The notes beneath the pieces were generated by a model. The model had not been told where the DNA came from and did not search any database. It worked only from the letters and a program-made list of their open reading frames with translations. From positions 36,896 through 100,895 of IMG/VR virus record IMGVR_UViG_3300012983_000036: DNA of 64,000 nt. One strand, written 5' to 3'. Below, one piece after another: positions 59,101 to 64,000 of the stretch (positions within the stretch are counted from its first letter, which is position 1; each line of letters begins with the position of its first letter). The translations under genes and the position numbers were made by a program. This DNA comes from a virus (taxonomy: Duplodnaviria; Caudoviricetes).

Positions 59101-62100
59101 AACACTTGCTCGAACAGCTAAGTTACTAGTGGCTGCAAATTGTCCAGATTTTACTTTATATGCTTATGGTAATAATAAATTAATAAACATACCATATGAT
59201 TTCTTTGGAGTAGATACTGAAAAACTAAAACTAGTTAAAGTACTTACTAGCTGTTTTCGTTCTTGCTCTAACTTAACTACTTTAGATTTAACTCCTATTA
59301 CAGTAGAAGCAGTAGGTGAAAATGAAGTTAGCTCAGTTTATGCTCACGCATTTACTAATATGACTGGTGTTCAAGATGTAAATGCGCTTTTCTCGGAATG
59401 CACCAAACTAGAATTCGTTCCTTCTACTATTTTTGAAGAAATGACTCAGTTAAAAAATGCTGCTTATACTTTTTATAATTGTGTGAACCTTGGCAGTAAT
59501 GCTGAGAATAAAAGTAACTGTATTCTTAGTAATTATACTATTGTTGGGGAAACTACAAACTATAATTCTCATGTATTTAATAAAGTAGCTCCAGTAGAGA
59601 CAATAGAAAGCATGTTTAATGGCTGTAAGAACTTAGAAGTAAATGATGGTCTCAAAGGTTTCTTTGAAGACCTACAAACGTTAGTACGTGGTTCTTTAGC
59701 ATTCTACAAGTGCTCTAAAATAAATGGTTTAGCTGCCAATATTTTAACAGATTTGACTTTACTTGAGAATATAGATGGTATGTTTGCCGGTACAATGTCT
59801 GATGGTATTGATACTACTCTTCCATTGATTTTTGGTGATGGTACTACCACAATGACAGCATTACGGTCAGCTCGTGGTCTATTTAGCGGATGTAAAAATT
59901 TAACTGGTTCTATCCCAAATGGCTTTTTCACTTCGTTAACAGGTTTGGTAAATGTAGGAAGTGGTACTTATGTTCCAATACTGCAAAGTAGTTTTGGAAA
60001 CGTAACTCTTGGTGGTTTATTTATGAATACCAAAATTACAAGTCTTCCATATAATTTATTTAATAATAGTACATCCTTAAAATCATGTAGTAAGCTAATT
60101 TGTAACGTAGATACTAAAGGTAATATTATTGAAAATACTGTCTTTGAAGGATTTACCGATGTTGATGATTCTACTATACTTCCACAAGTTCCGTTAAATT
60201 TCTTTAATGCAAATACTACCACACCTACTATGGAGAGCATTGAATATGCTTTTGCTGGCTGTACAAAAGTTAAAACTATACAAGGTTCAATATCAACTGA
60301 TCCCGAAGATGATTTATCAATTTTACCCAAGTCTTTAAAAACTGCTCGTGGAACATTTATGCTAAGTGGAATAGAGAGCTTACCTTCAAATCTGTTTAAA
60401 AATAAAGATAACCTTAGTAATATTGCATATATGTTTGCTAATTGTACAAACTTACGTAGTGTTGAATTTTCTAGTTTATTTGCAGGCTGTAAGAGCTTAT
60501 CTAATTGTAGTAGTCTATTCTTTCAAGATGCATCACTAGCATATGGAGGCATTATTCCAGCTACCTTGTTTAATAGCTGTAGAGGTTCTCTTACAAATGT
60601 TTCATATATGTTTGCAGGTTGTACTAGTCTTAGTGGCAGTATAGGAGTTGGAACAGCTACAGTTAATGATTTAACAGCACTGGACGCAGCACACAAACTC
60701 TACTGTGAAAACATTGCAAAAGGCCTTATAAATCAAACTAACAAAAGTCTTGATAGTAAAGTTAAAGAGGCAATTAATGCTAGATTAGATGTAGAACCTG
60801 ATACAAGTATAGAATCTCTAGGTGTACTTGCCGAAAATACCGCAAAAGCTGTTATTCTTAATGAATTAAGTATTAAAAACTTTAATGTGTCTGATACAAT
60901 ATTTGAAAGCAATATAGTAGAAAAGCATGCTAACTATAGCCTTACCTTGACAATTAAAGGCACAACAGCTGAAATTACCTATTCAAAATACAAGTTTGCT
61001 GATTATGATAACAATAATTGGCAAGAACTTTTTGCAGCAGCTTCAGACGTATATAGCTTAGAAAACTATATTAAAGACCCTAGTCATAAAATTGTAAATA
61101 TTAATCAGTATGGTTTATTAGCTAATTGTACTCAACTAAGTTCAGTTACAGGCATGTTCTTGAATTGTAGTAATTTAACGGGCCCAATTCCTGCTGATAT
61201 GTTCTATGGAGATAAAAATCTACCGGTAGCACTATCATCTATTGCCTACTTGTTTGCTGGTTGTACTCGCATGTGTACAGCTCCTTTAAAAACAGGAGAT
61301 ATTACATCAGAATATCCGTGTACTTTTGAAAAACCAACCGACATGGCGCTTGAGCATTATATTGCTGGAAACTTCTGTAATGTATATCCACACTTCTATA
61401 AATATCAAGATAACTATATTATAATGGAAGAAAATGGTATAGATGAAGGTGAAATTTTCAGAGATAGCTGTGCTAGATACTTTGTGCCTGTAGATTGGTT
61501 AGCTAAAGCTCCGTATATCACAGATATACGCTATGCTTTTAGCCGAATAGGTATAAGTAACTTAAATACCTTATCTTATTCTAACTATATTGCTTTCAAT
61601 ACAAATGCGACAATTATTGAGCGTATACCTTTACAGCTGAAAATACCAGTAAAATTATTTGATTATAATATTAGTAATCCTTTAAGGATTAATAAAGCAA
61701 ATGGAGCTTTTTACTTCAATGCTTCTATAGGAAATAGTGTACTTACTCGTGCATTTATGGCTGAAAGCGTTAAAAATAATCTTACAGATATTTCTTATAT
61801 GTTTGCTTTATCTTCACTTCCTGCAATTACTGATGGTACTTCTAAATTTTTAGAATCTACTTTTGCCAATTCTATATTAAATAATGTTACAGGTGCATTT
61901 GCATTTACTAATAGCCTATCCTTTGCTACTGCAATTAACTCAGACACAGAAAATAAAAAACCGGTCTATGATTGGTTAATTGGAAATAACTATGGTGACT
62001 TTATTTTACATACTAGTGATGTAACTGGCTTGGCTGATCAAGAAGTAGTAGATTTCACAAATAATTTTAATAATATTACTTCAAAGGATAGGGCATTTAG

Positions 62101-62332
62101 AAATACTTACTCATTAACTACAGATAAGACTGCATTCACTTCATGTAAAGTACCATCACCTTATGATGCCTGCCTTATAAGTGAAGATGGTTCTACCTCG
62201 AACTATTATGTTTATGTTAGACCAGCTAATGATGCACAATCATCATATTCTAGCATCGGTACTAATGTAGAAAATAATGTTTTAAGTGATCAGTTAAAAA
62301 CTATTTTAGCAGTAATATATGAAACAGCCTGA
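53198..62332 (+). CDS. 3044-aa giant: LamG-like + CotH kinase-like + LRR + BspA-like LRR
   Basis: FSIEAYF..WHHIVAV..IYLDG..LRVY..AL; LQGTSS.YPVKNY, LKCDFMEHSH.NN, DNAGKN, PYDMDTQMG; LxxLDLxxC; MFxxCxxL repeats. Confidence 0.85.
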   Translation: MSIKILDTFEPAGEFELAEAKDIAYSGSYVDEQNQKQSLHEVDTALDILFNRVFAEPKLKYASTDVDAEIAPAIPSEPVAFGDQLSLAFYIDTPSLGQCTVTVYRKINGSESNYKFVQSQQVNKGVVVIQLGSFRDYADYLYKVEVTDGAGKIALTPWGTNFLEFRRYCNSISFSAIQSDDEKRKLFTLDEQEYPYEFTYKIGQLNSYGYLLYKFFEPNIEIPTSISTETLDQWEQISLNSDSPLLVGQGITDNRCLALPKTSASGTHVLATCLVLSTTPELTTNSEIITSAILKRNIDRLTSETLAVVATKALDLRVSTRETCQLSFIAKTTIPSLANFTNTIKLTGTLYHEALNGNGSHCFCKICNRVFDNSAETVCDCADINKVQLTVNTTKNYDETVTHGIEAPLWNLYRIEWPLDKLDPHTELRSLVEVKARPVGDVPVENTLNYYQLFELEKASTESLYRTDDLLFNFDTIADAGIAGQPDFIAGTLIPDTIAAQVSNTRWNDSEGSTQLGLKLFNSIKGQTGVIESTEQNDPVARLNLSYNTYAVMYKKAADGTLNPYSPWTELASNVEAGHNKPAFSIEAYFRNTYIGDKDSAIITLMNKTGSADGFFIDNEKAYIKLKGQEEAQVAFSRDSWHHIVAVFDSNPNVDINGNMSGITDQEDINPYPTIRIYLDGTLVAVNKIDTASWSSIHSAIKDMPPLIINGEMAENSLNFVEPALSVDSLEVINTGKCDLKVLRVYKAALTSKDVYCNYLYTREEEEAAIVENRNTDGLPKIFFIKNKLSPENVVGASEEDEARWADYNAKYKLNDKKTWTKKLNPTTFTDLHSITEKNTVLDSNDNIKHGSKTSLVNCSMYACMPNPDNPNELLWSAVETDVDVYLQGTSSLAYPVKNYQIKVKQMNRASDGAPLTRSKKEILPPFQSDQTGWHTAGSVYTLKCDFMEHSHRNNTPTASYYQDAVLDSVIAAYHKYSTDNTEAIAKHYSPARSIRTEISTSENPEPTSIYRDAIAGFPCVVYYSDNTELDLKALKTTVRFEDLPGLSYAGSYMFNVDKEGKQLGFEISGAEVNYEHSAFSEADKSLIKNDQDVRLSCISYEGSANTDEHAAAFVPFVEAFADEIAQYYAALIRGDTEVLVLFEKSQGKSFNDPEIADDVKTLTSFTEKIKDGTYTLWVYTYDEKKEESEWKPFTRYSYLEATLSPRFSSVDEDNLEETYDSIERAINWISSAKSDTQKFKANFEKYFSLEYCLAYYLQMLLFAQVDNAGKNAMFDIWKCPGVPTTDYPADSKFNKLYPRPYDMDTQMGLNNSGEDKIPEIVELNQVLSPYSFTGELVNAGYIQASNIISNWNTVVANQHSNRYQYNTSNSNLWKTFGTVYRDEIATIYKALRRQGIYSVDAICNYVDKMTSNVIGERFYNRDAAAKYLNYKSAKEVTNEDGSTSTLEGEYEYNSRYLYCISGNRKNRYRDFLTARITFLDSFFDYNTANKTELRIGYIPGDQYDEANKIGGTQEFTGNTRCVACGIRVHRPQYITITVQSVNLSLKTLVTPEDSYIFHGELHPGVLIWLPALSDAGDAEVIISGGANIAGLDHLHYANPTKCLLDLCAGLTELDLTDCAKLSNLTLSPNGYLRKFIFDDAGALDSERNLTIDLSACKDLVEVSAKNSKITSLLLPARSSLTKLDLTKTNIEALEVQGTAHLTVDKLKLTECTRLKELTIKNCPKILIEDDMSITDKKVKTAFDKLIPHGQLRKLILENCDGITKLNLHGSNNLTFLSLKLPSLLSLSLVNTVAPIFDFAWDSTEYTGLDLNDLTSLIYLNLKSTGGSSSANKFGLVRLPNEAKIETLYINESTIKSLAVTGNEIAEGLYDFSSMANLKSLSITKNTAVNRIKKLTYCTTSTSTFSGCSNLVSFDNECRLTIETDCAASTFSSCSALEEIPDHVLSFESQSGLKGNGFFYGCGQLSAETLARTAKLLVAANCPDFTLYAYGNNKLINIPYDFFGVDTEKLKLVKVLTSCFRSCSNLTTLDLTPITVEAVGENEVSSVYAHAFTNMTGVQDVNALFSECTKLEFVPSTIFEEMTQLKNAAYTFYNCVNLGSNAENKSNCILSNYTIVGETTNYNSHVFNKVAPVETIESMFNGCKNLEVNDGLKGFFEDLQTLVRGSLAFYKCSKINGLAANILTDLTLLENIDGMFAGTMSDGIDTTLPLIFGDGTTTMTALRSARGLFSGCKNLTGSIPNGFFTSLTGLVNVGSGTYVPILQSSFGNVTLGGLFMNTKITSLPYNLFNNSTSLKSCSKLICNVDTKGNIIENTVFEGFTDVDDSTILPQVPLNFFNANTTTPTMESIEYAFAGCTKVKTIQGSISTDPEDDLSILPKSLKTARGTFMLSGIESLPSNLFKNKDNLSNIAYMFANCTNLRSVEFSSLFAGCKSLSNCSSLFFQDASLAYGGIIPATLFNSCRGSLTNVSYMFAGCTSLSGSIGVGTATVNDLTALDAAHKLYCENIAKGLINQTNKSLDSKVKEAINARLDVEPDTSIESLGVLAENTAKAVILNELSIKNFNVSDTIFESNIVEKHANYSLTLTIKGTTAEITYSKYKFADYDNNNWQELFAAASDVYSLENYIKDPSHKIVNINQYGLLANCTQLSSVTGMFLNCSNLTGPIPADMFYGDKNLPVALSSIAYLFAGCTRMCTAPLKTGDITSEYPCTFEKPTDMALEHYIAGNFCNVYPHFYKYQDNYIIMEENGIDEGEIFRDSCARYFVPVDWLAKAPYITDIRYAFSRIGISNLNTLSYSNYIAFNTNATIIERIPLQLKIPVKLFDYNISNPLRINKANGAFYFNASIGNSVLTRAFMAESVKNNLTDISYMFALSSLPAITDGTSKFLESTFANSILNNVTGAFAFTNSLSFATAINSDTENKKPVYDWLIGNNYGDFILHTSDVTGLADQEVVDFTNNFNNITSKDRAFRNTYSLTTDKTAFTSCKVPSPYDACLISEDGSTSNYYVYVRPANDAQSSYSSIGTNVENNVLSDQLKTILAVIYETA

Positions 62333-62352
62333 TAAAGATAAAACTAAAAATG

Positions 62353-62475
62353 TTTTATAAATTTTATAAAATAAAATTATATATAATAAATAATATATAA
62401 TTATTTAAATTATAATATATTTATTTATATAAATATAGATTTTATAAAAATATAAATATAAATTTTATAAAATTT
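62353..62475. other. extreme AT tract with four TTTTATAAA copies
   Basis: About 123 nt with a single G; repeats at 62353, 62362, 62440, 62463. Confidence 0.8.
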
Positions 62476-62496
62476 GAAATTTTTAAAATTTAATAC

Positions 62497-62505
62497 TGTA
62501 TAATA
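62497..62505 (+). promoter_or_regulatory. class A promoter-like motif ahead of the ncRNA array and downstream gene
   Basis: TGTATAATA ending 6 nt before the first stem. Confidence 0.6.
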
Positions 62506-62511
62506 AAATGT

Positions 62512-62581
62512 GATTAATTTCGAGCCAATACTTATTTCGAACAATTTTAATAGGTAAAATAGTAGTTTGGCCTTATTAATC
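62512..62581 (+). ncRNA. structured repeat unit 1
   Basis: GATTAAT/ATTAATC base; G-(A)-GCCAA-(T)-ACT-TATTTC-25 nt-AGT-TTGGC-C. Confidence 0.7.
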
Positions 62582-62582
62582 T

Positions 62583-62663
62583 TAAAAATTAGAGCTTATG
62601 CTTATTTCCTTAGATGAGATTTGTCACTCTCAAATGACTTTAGAAAGCTAAGCCTAATATTTA
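62583..62663 (+). ncRNA. structured repeat unit 2
   Basis: ATTA/TAAT base; G-(A)-GCTTA-(T)-GCT-TATTTC-37 nt-AGC-TAAGC-C. Confidence 0.7.
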
Positions 62664-62756
62664 TAAAAGTATAATATTTTAAGAGACTGTACTTATTTCT
62701 TATTTCGTTCCAAAAATTACGATGTTAAGAGTCAGTTCAAAATATTATACTTTTAT
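62663..62756 (+). ncRNA. structured repeat unit 3
   Basis: 18-bp perfect base ATAAAAGTATAATATTTT/AAAATATTATACTTTTAT; G-(A)-GACTG-(T)-ACT-TATTTC-30 nt-AGT-CAGTT-C. Confidence 0.7.
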
Positions 62757-62785
62757 TATATTAAATTTTTAAGGAGATTATTATT

Positions 62786-64000
62786 ATGCAGTTTGATTTT
62801 AATGTAAATTCAAGATTGAGAAATATTTTAACTCTTCGTCATTTTCTTGTAAGTACCTCTGAGCAGGAGGCTGTTACAGAAAAAACAAAATTTTATAATG
62901 CTTATTTACTTGCTAACTTTGGTATTGTGGTAGATAAACCTTATTTGTTAACAAGTGATATGATTAAAGATATTTCTGAAGTTTTCAAATTAGAAGTTCC
63001 TAAATCTTTTTATGCAAATCCACAGGATACTCAGTATTTTACAAAAGAAGAACTTATTATTGAACAGATTGTTTCTTATTTTGCTTATGCTACTGACCTT
63101 GGTCGAATTGAAATATTTAAGAAGGACCTTCCTGAATACTTTGTAGGTGATGAGGTTAAGCTAAGAACTTTTACAATTTTAAATGTTGAAGAAGCTTACC
63201 AGCAACTTGAAAATATTTTAAAATCTTATTGTTCTTATACTCGTCCTTTTTCTATAGATGAGCTCGAAGAGTTTACAGCTCTTTATTATGCAGGCCTTCT
63301 TACTAATGAAGGTCTTCTTAAAGAAAATTTTGAAATTAAATGCAAAGATAATATTTTTACCCTTCTTAAATCTGACATTGCTTTTGCAAGATTTTTAGAT
63401 AAAAAGGATATTGTAAAGCTTTCTATTCAGAAATTTGGAGATAATGCTTGTTTTAAGCAGTGTTTTGGTGATTCCCGTAGAATGGCTGTTATTAAGCCTC
63501 AGCTTGAAGAAATTGCTTCTTATATTCCTTATGTAAAACATTGTCCAATGTCTAAGAAGCAAGCTAAATATTATAATAAAATTGTTTCTGTTTGTCGTAA
63601 GGCTGTTCCTAACTGTACTCTTAAAGTAACTAATGAAACAAATGCGCAGTCCCCTGATAGACGTGCTCTTAAATTCCTTGCAGAAGGTGATGTATTAGGA
63701 GCTGCGAGAATTTATGCTTCAAGTGGTTCAATGCTTGAAAGACGTATTAAAATGCTTCTTTCAAGGGCAAATCCTAGAGAAGCTATTGAAATTCTTGATA
63801 TGCTTCCTGCAAAAAATTCAATTGTTCTTTTTCAGACTATTAATAATATTGTATCGGATACAGGTGAGTCTAGAACCTTTACTTTCTATCATGATAATAA
63901 AGTAAAAACTCATCGTGAGACTGACTATGAAACAACTTGGAGAAAATCAAAACTTAATGATTCTACAAGAAAGCTTTTAAAGGATACTTGTATAGACAAG
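62786..64000 (+). CDS. 3'-truncated large alpha-helical protein, resembling TerD-fused / MXAN_6230-SCO0854-like family; not in ORF track
   Basis: AAGGAG RBS; 405 open codons to window end (MQFDFNVNSRLRNILTLRH...); SFYANPQ..EELIIEQIVSYF and GDVLGAARIYASSGSMLERRIKMLL resemble that family from memory. Confidence 0.75.
   Translation, partial: MQFDFNVNSRLRNILTLRHFLVSTSEQEAVTEKTKFYNAYLLANFGIVVDKPYLLTSDMIKDISEVFKLEVPKSFYANPQDTQYFTKEELIIEQIVSYFAYATDLGRIEIFKKDLPEYFVGDEVKLRTFTILNVEEAYQQLENILKSYCSYTRPFSIDELEEFTALYYAGLLTNEGLLKENFEIKCKDNIFTLLKSDIAFARFLDKKDIVKLSIQKFGDNACFKQCFGDSRRMAVIKPQLEEIASYIPYVKHCPMSKKQAKYYNKIVSVCRKAVPNCTLKVTNETNAQSPDRRALKFLAEGDVLGAARIYASSGSMLERRIKMLLSRANPREAIEILDMLPAKNSIVLFQTINNIVSDTGESRTFTFYHDNKVKTHRETDYETTWRKSKLNDSTRKLLKDTCIDK

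Larger units (their letters stand above)
1..64000 (+). mobile_element. segment of a large tailed bacteriophage genome (probable Firmicutes host)
   Basis: Unidirectional dense small ORFs, tail fibre/baseplate/lysin/holin genes, auxiliary nucleotide and RNA-repair genes, no bacterial housekeeping operons. Confidence 0.93.

Noticed and set aside
643-60330. All minus-strand ORFs and short nested plus-strand ORFs in the track
   Set aside because: They lie wholly within better-supported plus-strand genes and show no recognisable motifs; shadow ORFs
62512-62756. CRISPR array or tRNA cluster interpretation of the three-unit array
   Set aside because: No identical 23-47 nt repeats, no cas genes, no T-loop GTTCRA or cloverleaf
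63714-63905. 63-aa plus-strand ORF in the track
   Set aside because: Out-of-frame shadow inside the real ORF starting at 62786
1-64000. Genome-wide stop-codon reassignment (as in some gut phages)
   Set aside because: Long genes are intact in code 11, and TAG and TGA both end genes that are followed by RBS-bearing starts

Overview
This is a 64 kb segment of a large, AT-rich (roughly 30% GC by eye) tailed-phage genome, probably infecting Firmicutes/Clostridia (Firmicute-type lysins, holins and RBSs). It uses standard code 11 and every credible gene is on the + strand. Positions 1-31.2 kb are a dense accessory region of about 85 small genes: shuffled Zn-ribbon and SH3-like paralogues, dCMP deaminase, HNH nuclease, DNA methyltransferase, Thg1-like guanylyltransferase, YopX, a cyclic-phosphate receiver, a metallophosphoesterase-Lar fusion, a NadR-like ATPase and thymidine kinase. 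Positions 31.2-62.3 kb are a tail/lysis module: BppU-like proteins, fibres, a CotH kinase, a YadA-repeat adhesin, three cell-wall hydrolases, holins and a 3044-aa LamG-CotH-LRR giant. A kinase-phosphatase-RNA ligase gene with its own expression signals interrupts this module. Two recurrent intergenic promoter-like motifs (YGTATWWTA and GCTAAATTA) split the genes into accessory and structural classes. The most striking feature is at 62.5-62.76 kb. Three tandem covarying stem-loop units share a doubly bulged helix and TATTTC but carry variable 25-37 nt inserts. They are placed to be transcribed directly ahead of a large helical protein gene that the ORF track missed (62786 to past the window end), making this a candidate undescribed ncRNA-array ribonucleoprotein system. 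Family calls are from motif recognition only; no searches were run.
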